Positions 1 through 10,045 of a stretch of DNA of 64,000 nt are shown here, piece by piece. The notes under the pieces were generated by a model. That model did no database searches. It had not been told where the DNA came from and saw only the letters and a program-made list of their open reading frames with translations. Within the stretch, counting starts at the first letter, position 1. Every line of letters begins with the position of its first letter. Made by a program: the position numbers and the translations under genes. This stretch comes from Parcubacteria bacterium C7867-006 (GTDB lineage Bacteria > Patescibacteriota > Minisyncoccia > Phycocordibacterales > DATDWN01), in assembly GCA_001189155.1 (NCBI GenBank), contig LFCP01000004.1, positions 1,998 through 65,997 on the forward strand, written 5' to 3'.

Positions 1-249
1 AGTCCAGCCCGTGGAGGTCTCGGTTTTCTAGCGTTTCAATCAAAAGCTACAGTCGTTCCGGTTGCAATAAACACTTTTCATGCGCTCAGCTGGAAAGTGT
101 TTTTGTTAAGAAAAAGAAAAGTGGTGATTGATATTCTGAAACCAATAAAAGCAGATGAACTTTTCATAACAGATAATCCAACTGTTGATGATTATAGGCG
201 TGCATCACAGTTAGTTATGGATGTGATTAGAGAGAAAATATATAAATAA
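1..249 (+). CDS. Lysophospholipid acyltransferase (PlsC-like), 3' part only
   Basis: Open frame 1 from window start (SPARGGLGFLAFQSKATVVPVAINT...) to TAA at 247-249; resembles acyltransferase block IV; not in ORF track. Confidence 0.6.
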   Translation, partial: SPARGGLGFLAFQSKATVVPVAINTFHALSWKVFLLRKRKVVIDILKPIKADELFITDNPTVDDYRRASQLVMDVIREKIYK

Positions 250-253
250 AAAT

Positions 254-952
254 ATGTCTGATAAATCAAACACTTTAGGATATCATGACAGTTTGTTTTT
301 AAGGTTTATGTATATTTTTATTAAATTAACTCTAGGAACTATCGTTAGAGTAATTTGGGTCTTAGAAGTGCACGATATGAATAGGATGCCAAAAAATGGA
401 CCTCTAATTGTTGCTTTAAATCATCAAAGTTTTTTTGATTTTTTGTGTTTTGTTGCAGTATCTCCAAGAAAAATACATTTTTTATCAGCAGAAAAATTTT
501 TTTCACATATTTTATGGGGCCCATTGGTCAAGTTAACTAGTCAAATAAAAGTTGATAGATTTGTTCATGATAAAAGTGAAATTCATAAGATAGTTTATGA
601 CCATTTGGAATATGGAAAGGTTGTAGCTATTTTCCCCGAGGGGACAAGATCTCCTCATCAGAATGATATGCTGCCTGCTTTTACTGGTGTTGCTGAATTT
701 GCAATAAGAGGAAATGTCCCAGTTCTACCTGTTGGCATTAAAGGAACATATGAAGTAATGGCTAAACACGATAAAAGTCCTAAATTCAAAAAAATTGTTA
801 CAATACATATTGGTGAACCTGTGTATTTTGCGGAATACCATCATTCAAAATTGGACAAAAAAACTTTTAGAACTATTACCAACAGTATAATGATAGAAAT
901 ATCTAAATTATCAGGTAAAAATTATCCGCATTTAGAATATATAGACGAATGA
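254..952 (+). CDS. 1-acyl-sn-glycerol-3-phosphate acyltransferase family (PlsC-like)
   Basis: NHQSFFD (NHxxxxD) and FPEGTRS motifs. Confidence 0.9.
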   Translation: MSDKSNTLGYHDSLFLRFMYIFIKLTLGTIVRVIWVLEVHDMNRMPKNGPLIVALNHQSFFDFLCFVAVSPRKIHFLSAEKFFSHILWGPLVKLTSQIKVDRFVHDKSEIHKIVYDHLEYGKVVAIFPEGTRSPHQNDMLPAFTGVAEFAIRGNVPVLPVGIKGTYEVMAKHDKSPKFKKIVTIHIGEPVYFAEYHHSKLDKKTFRTITNSIMIEISKLSGKNYPHLEYIDE

Positions 953-1608
953 AAGAACTAGTTATATTAGATATTGATAACACTATTTTGAAAGGATTTA
1001 GCCAAGGTCTTTTTGTTGATTATTTATACAAAAAGGGTCAAATTTCTTTTTTTCAGAAAATTTTAATAGTATTTTGGTTTGTTTTATATAAAATTGGTTT
1101 TATTAAAAACCCAAAACCTGCAATGGAGTATGGTTTATCATTTATTAAAAATAAAACTCTCGGGGAGGTAGATGAGACCGTGGATGACTTTTTTAATACA
1201 GTTTGGATTAAAAAAATATATCCTGAAATGGAAAAAATTATTAAGGATCATCAAAATAAAGGCAGAACATTAATTTTAGTATCAAATGCACCAGATGTTT
1301 TGGTTGAAAAACTAGCTAATTATTTAAAAATAAGTGAATGGGTTTCAACTGAGTTAGAAGTTAAGAATGGAATCTATACAGGAAAAATTATTGATGAGAT
1401 AATGTATGGTGAGCAAAAAATAAAAGGACTGAATAAATATATAAACGACAGAGGTTTGTCTTTAGAAAATTCTTGGGGGTATGGAGACCATGATACTGAC
1501 ATGTTTTTGCTTTCAGAAGTATCTCATCCGGTTGCAGTTAATCCCTCCGGTGGTTTAAGAAGTTTCGCTATAAAAAATAATTGGCAAATATTGAAAACTA
1601 AAATATGA
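949..1608 (+). CDS. HAD-IB family hydrolase (SerB-like)
   Basis: DIDNT motif I, VSNA, K, YGDHDTD motif IV, VAVNP. Confidence 0.88.
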   Translation: MKELVILDIDNTILKGFSQGLFVDYLYKKGQISFFQKILIVFWFVLYKIGFIKNPKPAMEYGLSFIKNKTLGEVDETVDDFFNTVWIKKIYPEMEKIIKDHQNKGRTLILVSNAPDVLVEKLANYLKISEWVSTELEVKNGIYTGKIIDEIMYGEQKIKGLNKYINDRGLSLENSWGYGDHDTDMFLLSEVSHPVAVNPSGGLRSFAIKNNWQILKTKI

Positions 1609-3155
1609 ATATATTTGGTATAACAAGCATAATGATTTTCTTTTCAAGTATAGGTTTTGGTCTTTTTCTTTATTCTTCAAATAGAGAATCAAATTTAAAT
1701 AAGTCTTGGTTTGTTGTATCTATTTTTGTTGCTCTTTGGGGTCTTGCTCTTTATGGAGTGACTTCTACAGATAATGAGAGTGTAGCTTTGAATTGGCAAT
1801 ATTTACTAGACATTTCTGCATTAATGATTCCAGTTACATATTTTTCTTTTGTTTGTAATTTAATTAAAGTAAATTTTAATTTTTTAAGAAGAACAATTTT
1901 ATATTTTGGGGCTGTTTTAGCTATATTTACAGTCACACCATATTTTAAAATTGGTGTTATGAATAAGTACGGTTTTCATTGGATTAATCCTGGGCCTTAT
2001 TACATAATATTTCCTATTTTTTTTGCAACAGTAACTTTTCTATCATTAGCTTTACTAATTAAGGCTTATATAAAAACAAATGACTTGTTATTTAAAGCCC
2101 AAATCAGGAATACTTTGCTAGCTGGGGTAATTGGTTTTGGTGGTGGGATTACAAATTTTTTCCCACAGGTAATTAATATATATCCATTCGGAAATTATTT
2201 TGTTTTACTGTATGTATTTTTTATGAGTTATGGTGTTATAAAGTATAAACTACTTAGTAGAAAAATTATTTCTGCTCAATTGTTAAGTGGGGCTATTGTT
2301 TTGGTATTTTTATTTAACCTATTGCAACCAGATTCAATAGTAAATTGGGCGATAAAACTTTTGCTTTTTATTCTTATACTCGTTTTTTCTATTTTGTTGG
2401 TTAGGGGTGTTTATAAGGAGGTTGAGCAGAGAGAGAAAATACAAAAATTAGCTGATGATTTACAAAAGGCGAATCAGGGTCAGGCAAGTCTTATGCATTT
2501 TATGAACCACCAGGTGAAGGGGCGGTTGGGTAATATTAAAAATATTTTTGCCGAGCTTTTGACTGATGACTACGGGACAATGCCTGATGACTCAAAACCA
2601 CTTTTGGAAAAAGGTTTAGATGAGGCAGATATTGGTGTGAATTATGTTCAGAATATTTTGAAAGGAGCATCAGCTGAAAACGGAACATTGCCATATGATA
2701 TGAAACCGATGGATTTAAAGTCCACAGTTACAGAAGTTTTTGAAAAACAAAAAGATAAAGCAGAGGCTAAGGGTCTAAAAATTGATCTAGATGTTTCTGA
2801 CGGAGACTATTCGATGACAGGAGACTCTCTTGAGTTGGGTGAGGCCGTGAGAAATCTAATAGATAACTCCATAAACTACACTATTGAGGGAAGTATAAAA
2901 TTGCATCTATTTAATAATGGGAATTTTTTAAGGTTAGAAATAAAAGATACAGGTGTCGGGCTTTCTCCTGAAGACAAAGCAAAATTATTTAAATCCGGTG
3001 GTCGTGGAGAAGAATCAATAAAAATAAACACGAACTCAACTGGTTACGGTCTAGTGTTTGTAAAAGGTGTAGTGGAGGCTCACAAAGGTAAAGTTTGGGC
3101 AGAGTCAGAAGGCCGTGGTAAAGGTTCTGCATTTATAGTAGAGTTACCAAAATAA
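1605..3155 (+). CDS. Membrane sensor histidine kinase with multi-TM (7TM-like) N-terminus
   Basis: Hydrophobic N-terminal half; MNHQVK H-box, NLIDNS N-box, DTGVG, GYGL G-boxes. Confidence 0.88.
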   Translation: MNIFGITSIMIFFSSIGFGLFLYSSNRESNLNKSWFVVSIFVALWGLALYGVTSTDNESVALNWQYLLDISALMIPVTYFSFVCNLIKVNFNFLRRTILYFGAVLAIFTVTPYFKIGVMNKYGFHWINPGPYYIIFPIFFATVTFLSLALLIKAYIKTNDLLFKAQIRNTLLAGVIGFGGGITNFFPQVINIYPFGNYFVLLYVFFMSYGVIKYKLLSRKIISAQLLSGAIVLVFLFNLLQPDSIVNWAIKLLLFILILVFSILLVRGVYKEVEQREKIQKLADDLQKANQGQASLMHFMNHQVKGRLGNIKNIFAELLTDDYGTMPDDSKPLLEKGLDEADIGVNYVQNILKGASAENGTLPYDMKPMDLKSTVTEVFEKQKDKAEAKGLKIDLDVSDGDYSMTGDSLELGEAVRNLIDNSINYTIEGSIKLHLFNNGNFLRLEIKDTGVGLSPEDKAKLFKSGGRGEESIKINTNSTGYGLVFVKGVVEAHKGKVWAESEGRGKGSAFIVELPK

Positions 3156-3841
3156 TGGCTCAGGAAAATGTTTGGGAAAGGGAATATAGAAAATCAAAAC
3201 TTTTAACAAAAGAGAACAAACCACAGTCAGATGTGGTTCGTTTTGTTCAGTTTTTAAAAAAGGAAGAAGGACTAATTCCTGAAAATTTAAGTATTTTGGA
3301 TCTTGGTTCTGGAACAGGAAGAAATAGTTTTTATTTTGCAGAAATAGGGAATAAGGTTTTGGGTTTAGAAATATCAAAAACTGCAATAGAAATAGGAAAT
3401 GATAATGCAAAAAATGCTGGTTTGAATGTTAAGTATATAAAGCAAAGCATTGGAGAAATATTTCCATGTGACAGTGAGTCAGTTGATGTTGTTTTAGACG
3501 TTACATCATCCAACTCCTTAAATGAGTCAGAAAGGGAAGTGTTTCTATCTGAAACAAATCGTGTTTTAAAAAGTGGAGGGTATTTTTTTACAAAAGCTCT
3601 GTGTAAAGATGGTGATGATAATGCAAAATTTTTAATAAAAAATTTTCCAGGAAAAGAAAAAGATACATATATAATGCCTGAGCTCGGGGTGACAGAGCGA
3701 GTGTGGACCAAAGATGATTTTGTTCAGACCTATGAGAAATATTTTAAAATTTTACATATGGAAAAAAAGACAAGTTATTCTCGTATGAACAGTCGGAGCT
3801 ATAAAAGAAACTTTTGGATTGTGTATATGAAAAAAGCTTAA
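3155..3841 (+). CDS. Class I SAM-dependent methyltransferase
   Basis: ILDLGSGTGRN motif I. Confidence 0.85.
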   Translation: MAQENVWEREYRKSKLLTKENKPQSDVVRFVQFLKKEEGLIPENLSILDLGSGTGRNSFYFAEIGNKVLGLEISKTAIEIGNDNAKNAGLNVKYIKQSIGEIFPCDSESVDVVLDVTSSNSLNESEREVFLSETNRVLKSGGYFFTKALCKDGDDNAKFLIKNFPGKEKDTYIMPELGVTERVWTKDDFVQTYEKYFKILHMEKKTSYSRMNSRSYKRNFWIVYMKKA

Positions 3842-3843
3842 TA

Positions 3844-3891
3844 TTGACTTTTTTAAAAAATAAGTTATACTATGTGGCTAGGAAAGGGGAG
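3844..3891 (+). promoter_or_regulatory. sigma70-type promoter and SD of the GC-rich clpP-like unit
   Basis: TTGACT(3844-3849)-16 bp-TATACT(3866-3871); GGGGAG 6 nt before ATG 3898. Confidence 0.7.
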
Positions 3892-3897
3892 TTAGCT

Positions 3898-4470
3898 ATG
3901 AATGACTTGCAGAGAAGGTGGCTTGAGAAGAATCGCATCGGCATCATCGACGAGGTCAATCGCGACATGTTCGTTTATGTTCGCGAGGCAATCGCCATCA
4001 AAATGGGTGAAGGTGGCCCACCAATCACAGTTCACATCTCAAGTGGTGGTGGCGCTGTTGTATGGGGTCTCGATATCTATGACCTCATCAACTTCTACCC
4101 GGGCAAGAAGGTCGGGGTCGTACATTCTATGGCGGCATCGATGGCATCCATCATCCTCCAGGCGTGTGACTGGCGAACGGCAACACCTTACGCTTCAGTT
4201 CTGATTCACCACGTGAACAACCAGAACCTCAAGCTGGATGTTGCCAGAGACAAGAATGAGCTCGAGAAGTTCATCGCCGGCATGGAGAAGAGCCAGAGCA
4301 AGTTGTATGAGATTCTTGTTCGGCGCACTGGAAAACCGATGGAGGAAATCAGTGCCCGTTGCAAGATGGAAGAATCCATGACTGCGCAGGAGGCGCTCAA
4401 CTATCACCTCATCGACCAGATTGTGGTTCAGGAGTCTGACGTGGTGATTCCAGAACCCGAAAAGAAATAA
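3898..4470 (+). CDS. ClpP-like serine protease (GC-rich unit)
   Basis: ISSGGG, AASMAS (Ser), LIHH (His), MTAQEALNYHLID; start moved to ATG 3898 behind the SD. Confidence 0.8.
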   Translation: MNDLQRRWLEKNRIGIIDEVNRDMFVYVREAIAIKMGEGGPPITVHISSGGGAVVWGLDIYDLINFYPGKKVGVVHSMAASMASIILQACDWRTATPYASVLIHHVNNQNLKLDVARDKNELEKFIAGMEKSQSKLYEILVRRTGKPMEEISARCKMEESMTAQEALNYHLIDQIVVQESDVVIPEPEKK

Positions 4471-4471
4471 C

Positions 4472-4515
4472 AGCTTCATGCAGGAGAGCCGATTGCGGCC
4501 CGCCTGCATGAAGCT
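4472..4515 (+). terminator. Intrinsic terminator of clpP-like unit
   Basis: 13-bp stem AGCTTCATGCAGG/CCTGCATGAAGCT followed by T-rich tail. Confidence 0.75.
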
Positions 4516-4551
4516 TTTCTGTTTTTTAATAAAATCTGTTAGAATATTTCT

Positions 4552-5532
4552 ATGACTAAAAAAACATTACTTTCGGGAGTAAAACCTACAGGACGGCCAC
4601 ATATTGGAAACTATTTTGGTGCTATGCGCCAGTTCGTTGATATGCAGGATGAGTATAATGCTATATATATGATAGCTGACTATCACGCGCTTAACTTTAT
4701 TCAAAATAAAGAGGAGTTGAATCAAGCTATCATTGATTTAACTATAGACTATCTAGCTCTAGGTTTGGACCCTAAAAAATCTATTATTTTCAAACAATCA
4801 GATGTAATGGAGCATACAGAATTGGCTTGGATTTTTGACACTATTACAACAATGCCGTATCTAGAGAGAGCTCATGCATACAAGGATGCCGAGGTAAAGA
4901 ATAAGGAAATAAGTGTTGGAACTTTTAACTACCCGATGCTTATGGCTGCAGATATTTTGTTATATGACGTTGATGCAGTACCTGTTGGTCAGGATCAAAA
5001 ACAGCATGTTGAGTATGCTCGTGATACAGCACAAAAATTTAACTTCATTTTTGGAAAAGAAGTTTTTAAACTTCCTGAATCAAAGATATTAGGTGAAGTA
5101 GCAGTCGTTCCTGGAATTGATGGTCAGAAAATGAGTAAAAGTTATGGAAACACAATTCCGCTTTTTGCTACATTGGATGAAATCACAAAAGCAGTGATGT
5201 CTATTCCTACAGACTCAAAACCAATGAACGAACCTAGAAATCCGGAGGAAGACAATGTTTTTAAACTTCACAAACTATTTTCAAAATCAGAGGATTTATT
5301 TGTTTTGAGAGAAAGATATGAAAAAGGTGAAATAGGTCACAAAGAATCAAAAGAGATTTTGATAAAAAATATTGATGCTTTTATTGCACCACTTCGTGAA
5401 AAGAGAGATCAAATAGCTCACGATATAGATTATGTTCTAGATGTTTTGAAAGATGGTGGAAAGAGAGCAAAAGCAAAAGCAGAAAAGAAAATGGAAGCTG
5501 TGCGAGAGGTGATAGGAGTTAAACTATACTAA
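4552..5532 (+). CDS. trpS: Tryptophan--tRNA ligase
   Basis: HIGN, YPMLMAADIL, VPVGQDQ, KMSKS. Confidence 0.97.
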   Translation: MTKKTLLSGVKPTGRPHIGNYFGAMRQFVDMQDEYNAIYMIADYHALNFIQNKEELNQAIIDLTIDYLALGLDPKKSIIFKQSDVMEHTELAWIFDTITTMPYLERAHAYKDAEVKNKEISVGTFNYPMLMAADILLYDVDAVPVGQDQKQHVEYARDTAQKFNFIFGKEVFKLPESKILGEVAVVPGIDGQKMSKSYGNTIPLFATLDEITKAVMSIPTDSKPMNEPRNPEEDNVFKLHKLFSKSEDLFVLRERYEKGEIGHKESKEILIKNIDAFIAPLREKRDQIAHDIDYVLDVLKDGGKRAKAKAEKKMEAVREVIGVKLY

Positions 5533-5561
5533 GAGACTCTATTTTGATAGTATAAAATTCT

Positions 5562-6956
5562 ATGAAAAGAACTTATATAAAGGATTTGAGTAAGGAAGTT
5601 GGTCAGGAAGTTACTATTTCTGGCTGGGTGGATGTTCGTCGAGACCAAGGGAAAATGGTCTTTATGGATATGCGAGATATGACTGGAAAGGTGCAAGGTG
5701 TTGTTCTCCCAAACCATCCAGAGGCTATAGAGCAGGTAAAAGAGGTGAGAAACGAATGGGTTCTCTCTGTAACTGGCCTTATAAATAAACGACCAGAAAG
5801 AAATGTTAAAGCTGGTGTTCTAAATGGTGATATAGAAATGGAAATCACTGGTATAGAAGTTTTGAATAAATCAGAGACTATTCCTTTTGATATTTCTGGG
5901 GACACAAAAGAAATAAATGAGGAAGTTCGTTTGAAGTATAGATATGTTGATTTGCGTTCAGATAGAATGCAGAAAAATATCAGGAATCGGCACAAAGTAA
6001 TAAAGTTTATTCGAGATTATTTGGATAATGAAAACTTTATTGAAGTTGAGACTCCTATACTTACAAAATCAACTCCAGAAGGTTCACGAGATTATGTTGT
6101 GCCTGCGAGACTTTATCCAGGAAAGTTTTATGCACTTCCACAATCACCACAACAGTACAAACAACTACTTATGACAGCTGGTGTAGAGAAATATTTCCAG
6201 ATTGCACGATGTATGCGAGATGAGGATACTCGCGGAGACAGACAACCAGAGTTCACACAGTTAGATATGGAAATGAGTTTTGTTAAACAAGAAGATGTAA
6301 TGGAACTAAATGAGAAACTTTTGATCGAACTTGTTACAAAACTATATCCAGAAAAGAAAATTCAACAGATTCCTTTCCCACGACTTACATATGCAGAAGC
6401 AATGGAGAAGTATGGAAACGATAAACCTGATCTAAGAGAAGATAAAAATGATCCAGACTTACTGGCTTTCTGTTGGGTTATTGATTTTCCTTTCTTTGAG
6501 AAAACAGACACAGGAGCATGGACATTTACACACAACCCATTTTCACGACCAAAGCCAGAACATGTTGAGTGGCTAATGAAAAAAGAAAATATTGGTGAAA
6601 TACTGACAACTCAGTATGACGTTGCTCTAAACGGTATGGAAATTGGTGGAGGAAGTATAAGAAACCATGATCCAGAGGCTTTGCGAAAAGTTTTTGAAAT
6701 AATGGGTCACGAGTCAGATGCTATAGACAGAAACTTCGGTCATATGATGACAGCTTTTTCTCTTGGAACTCCACCACACGGAGGTATCGCTTGGGGACTA
6801 GATAGGTTCGTGATGACACTTCAGAATGAACCGAACATTCGTGAAGTTATTCCTTTTGCAAAAACAGGAGAAGGTAAAGACCCTATGATGGACTCTCCAG
6901 CAGAAATTTCTGTTGACCAACTATTGGAACTCGGAATTACTCTAAGAAAGAAATAA
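5562..6956 (+). CDS. aspS: Aspartate--tRNA ligase, short form without GAD insert
   Basis: OB-fold N-terminus, LPQSPQQYKQ, DRQPEFTQLD, PPHGGIAWGLDR; 464 aa. Confidence 0.95.
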   Translation: MKRTYIKDLSKEVGQEVTISGWVDVRRDQGKMVFMDMRDMTGKVQGVVLPNHPEAIEQVKEVRNEWVLSVTGLINKRPERNVKAGVLNGDIEMEITGIEVLNKSETIPFDISGDTKEINEEVRLKYRYVDLRSDRMQKNIRNRHKVIKFIRDYLDNENFIEVETPILTKSTPEGSRDYVVPARLYPGKFYALPQSPQQYKQLLMTAGVEKYFQIARCMRDEDTRGDRQPEFTQLDMEMSFVKQEDVMELNEKLLIELVTKLYPEKKIQQIPFPRLTYAEAMEKYGNDKPDLREDKNDPDLLAFCWVIDFPFFEKTDTGAWTFTHNPFSRPKPEHVEWLMKKENIGEILTTQYDVALNGMEIGGGSIRNHDPEALRKVFEIMGHESDAIDRNFGHMMTAFSLGTPPHGGIAWGLDRFVMTLQNEPNIREVIPFAKTGEGKDPMMDSPAEISVDQLLELGITLRKK

Positions 6957-6958
6957 TA

Positions 6959-7540
6959 ATGTCTAATTCTGATTGGGTAACATACTTTAATCAAACAAAA
7001 GATCGTAAACCCAGGCCACTTTTAGTCGAAGCTATAGAGCATGTTAATAGTAGAAATGAAGCTTTGGATTTAGGTTCTGGAGCCCTAAATGACGTCAGAT
7101 TTCTAGTCTCTGAAGGCTTCAATCATGTTACAGCAGTTGATCACGAGCCCTTGGCTCAGGATATAATAAATAACTTCCCAAAAGACATAGTCGATTATGT
7201 CATCTGTGATTTCATAGATTTTAATTTTGAAAAAGATAAATTTGATCTAATAAATTCACAGTATTCTTTGCCGTTCATTTATCCAGATTATTTGTTAAAA
7301 ATTATTGCTTCAATTGAAGACTCTTTAGTAACAGGGGGGATTTTTACTGGTCAGTTTTTTGGAATTAATGATGAATGGAATGTTGGTAATAGTAAAATGA
7401 ATTTTCACACCAAAGAACAAGCAGAGGAACTCCTATCAAAGTTTAAAGTTATAAAATTTACTGAGGATGAGTCTGATGCGATAACAGCAGCAGGCAAAAT
7501 GAAGCATTGGCATATTTTTCACTTTATTGTGCAAAAATAG
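6959..7540 (+). CDS. Class I SAM-dependent methyltransferase (TehB-like)
   Basis: ALDLGSG motif; C-terminal KHWHIF. Confidence 0.8.
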   Translation: MSNSDWVTYFNQTKDRKPRPLLVEAIEHVNSRNEALDLGSGALNDVRFLVSEGFNHVTAVDHEPLAQDIINNFPKDIVDYVICDFIDFNFEKDKFDLINSQYSLPFIYPDYLLKIIASIEDSLVTGGIFTGQFFGINDEWNVGNSKMNFHTKEQAEELLSKFKVIKFTEDESDAITAAGKMKHWHIFHFIVQK

Positions 7541-7565
7541 GTTTGTATTTGGTACAATAAAATAA

Positions 7566-8294
7566 ATGGAATCTTCCTATAACGTAAAAACTCATATATT
7601 TGAGGGACCACTGGATACACTACTTTCCCTCATCGAAAAAAGAAAACTTTTTATAAATGATATTTCACTTGCACAGGTGGCGGATGACTATATTTCATAT
7701 GTTAAATCTCTAACAGATTTTCCAATAGCGGATTCTGCTCATTTTGTTTTGATTGCATCTACACTTGTTCTCATCAAATCCAAATCACTTTTGCCTAACC
7801 TCAGTTTGACGGAGGAGGAGCAGAGCAATATCGACGATCTAGAAGATAGGCTGAAACAATATCAGAAATACAAGGCATTGAGTCTGCATCTCAAAGAAAG
7901 ATTTGGAATAAACACAGAGTATTTAAGGCTTCCATCAAAAGAGAAGATAATAGTTTTTACCCCTGATAAAAATACTTCGGTTGCTAGAATAAATGAGGTT
8001 ATAAAATCTGTTATAGCAGGAATGCCTAAAAAAGAGTTTGTTCCAAAGGCAGTGGTGCAAAAAGTTATAAGTTTGGAGGAAATGATGGACAGTTTAGCTG
8101 AGAGAATAACAAAAAGCATGAAAATGACTTTCAAGGATTTTGCTGGTGTTGGAAAAACAGAGAAGGTAAATGTTATAGTTTCTTTTTTAGCTATGTTGGA
8201 GTTGGTAAAACAAGGAATAATTCAGGTACGACAAGATAAGGATTTTCATGATATTGAAATAGAGACAAATGAGGTTGGTGTGCCATCATACTAA
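7566..8294 (+). CDS. scpA: Segregation and condensation protein A
   Basis: FEGPLDTLL, IKSKSLLP, FLAMLEL. Confidence 0.95.
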   Translation: MESSYNVKTHIFEGPLDTLLSLIEKRKLFINDISLAQVADDYISYVKSLTDFPIADSAHFVLIASTLVLIKSKSLLPNLSLTEEEQSNIDDLEDRLKQYQKYKALSLHLKERFGINTEYLRLPSKEKIIVFTPDKNTSVARINEVIKSVIAGMPKKEFVPKAVVQKVISLEEMMDSLAERITKSMKMTFKDFAGVGKTEKVNVIVSFLAMLELVKQGIIQVRQDKDFHDIEIETNEVGVPSY

Positions 8295-8455
8295 TCTCTT
8301 TTTCGCAAAACCTTTTTAGAGACAAAAACTTTTCCAGCGAAAAGTTTTTTCTGTCCTCGGCTTTGATTTGTCAATGAGCTCTGATTACAGAGTCGTTGAC
8401 AAAACCATGCTCAAAGCCTGTGGATGCTCTAAAAAGATTTTGGCTCAAAGAGATT
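8293..8455. repeat. Nested inverted-repeat (multi-hairpin) intergenic element
   Basis: AATCTCTTT/AAAGAGATT outer arms; CTTTTTAGAG/CTCTAAAAAG; AAAAACTTTTC/GAAAAGTTTTT; GGCTTTGA/TCAAAGCC; TTTGTCAA/TTGACAAA. Confidence 0.75.
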
Positions 8456-8474
8456 TTCGAGTATACTTAATCTG

Positions 8475-9038
8475 ATGAAATCGAGTGAACTTATAAAACA
8501 AATAGAGGCTGTGCTTTTTTATCTTGCGGAGCCTGTGAAGATTGATTTTCTTGCTAAAACGCTAGAAGTCTCCAAAAAAGAGATAGAAGCTGGTTTGAAG
8601 GAGTTGGAAGAAAATCTAAAAAATAGGGGAGTTAGAATTGTAAATCACAATGATGAAATAGTTCTAACAACCGCACCAGAACTTGCCCCTCTTATTGAGA
8701 AAATCATAAAGGAGGAGAGAGAAAGGGATTTGGGGCGGGCAGGGATTGAGACTCTCTCTATTATTGCCTATAAAGGTCCAGTCAGTAAAAAAGAAATAGA
8801 GTACATAAGAGGGGTTAACTCTCAGTTTGCCTTAAGAAACCTGCTTCTGCGTGGGCTTGTGGAAAGAAAGGCTAGTACTTGGGATGAACGTGTTATAGTT
8901 TATAGCATTACAGCTGATACTCTGAGGTATCTAGGACTGAGTAGGATAGATGAGTTGCCAGAGTATGGTGAGGTTAGAAAACAACTGGAGATTGAAGAAG
9001 CGGAAGAGGTAGAGGAAACAGAAAACGAAAATGGATAA
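8475..9038 (+). CDS. scpB: Segregation and condensation protein B
   Basis: IEAVLF, ETLSIIAYKGP, IEYIRGVNS. Confidence 0.95.
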   Translation: MKSSELIKQIEAVLFYLAEPVKIDFLAKTLEVSKKEIEAGLKELEENLKNRGVRIVNHNDEIVLTTAPELAPLIEKIIKEERERDLGRAGIETLSIIAYKGPVSKKEIEYIRGVNSQFALRNLLLRGLVERKASTWDERVIVYSITADTLRYLGLSRIDELPEYGEVRKQLEIEEAEEVEETENENG

Positions 9039-9987
9039 ATTTGAATATTTTAGAAATAAATACGATATATCTAAAAGTCTACTAGCCCTAAATGCTTTTT
9101 TTATTTTATCTATTGTTGTAATGTCTTTTGCTATTTATACAGTAAACAGTATTCCTGATATCTCAGATAAAACTGTTCCAGTCAAAAAGCATCTTTCCAG
9201 AGCATTTGATAATATAAAATTACAAGCAAAGGCTGTTTATGTTTATGATATAAAAAATGGTGTAGCTTTGTATGAAAAAAATGCAGACGCTCAGTTACCA
9301 CTTGCTTCTATAACAAAACTTATGATGGCCCTGACTGCAGTAGAGTTATTACCAAAAGACACAGAGATAACTATCAAAAAAGAGTTTTTGGCAGAGGAGG
9401 GTGATAGTGGGCTTTTAGCAAATGAATCTTGGAAGATGAAATATTTACTGGATTTCTCTCTAGTTTCATCTTCAAACGACGGAGCTAGATCAATAGCTTC
9501 TGTTATTGGAGCCACAAAACTTAACACAACTGATTACGATCTTGGCCGACAGGATTTTATAAAAAAGATGAATGAAAAGGCACAGGCTCTAGGATTGAAA
9601 CAAACTTTCTTTATTAATGAAACAGGATTGGATGAAGGAAATATTTCTGGAGCATATGGTTCAGCAAAGGATATAGAAAGTTTAATGCAGTATATTTTGG
9701 TACATAATTCAGAGATTTTGGAACCAACAAAAAATAAGTTTTTGAGTTTGGATTCTGATACAAAAGAGCACAAAGCAAAAAATACCAATACTGATGTTAG
9801 TTATATTCCAGGTTTGCTTGCTTCAAAGACTGGTTATACAGATATGGCTGGTGGAAATCTAGCTGTGGCTTTTGATCCAACTATCGGCAGACCTATTATT
9901 ATAGTAGTTTTGGGTTCAACTATTGATGGTCGTTTTGATGATGTTGATAAGCTAGTGAAAGCTAGTTTGGAATACGTAAGAGAATAG
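9031..9987 (+). CDS. D-alanyl-D-alanine carboxypeptidase (peptidase S11)
   Basis: ASITK (SxxK), SSND (SxN), KTG; N-terminal TM. Confidence 0.9.
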   Translation: MDKFEYFRNKYDISKSLLALNAFFILSIVVMSFAIYTVNSIPDISDKTVPVKKHLSRAFDNIKLQAKAVYVYDIKNGVALYEKNADAQLPLASITKLMMALTAVELLPKDTEITIKKEFLAEEGDSGLLANESWKMKYLLDFSLVSSSNDGARSIASVIGATKLNTTDYDLGRQDFIKKMNEKAQALGLKQTFFINETGLDEGNISGAYGSAKDIESLMQYILVHNSEILEPTKNKFLSLDSDTKEHKAKNTNTDVSYIPGLLASKTGYTDMAGGNLAVAFDPTIGRPIIIVVLGSTIDGRFDDVDKLVKASLEYVRE

Positions 9988-10045
9988 GTTTTTTGAATTA
10001 GGGCCTATTTTGGACTCTTTTTGGAGTTTTAGGTATACTCTAACT

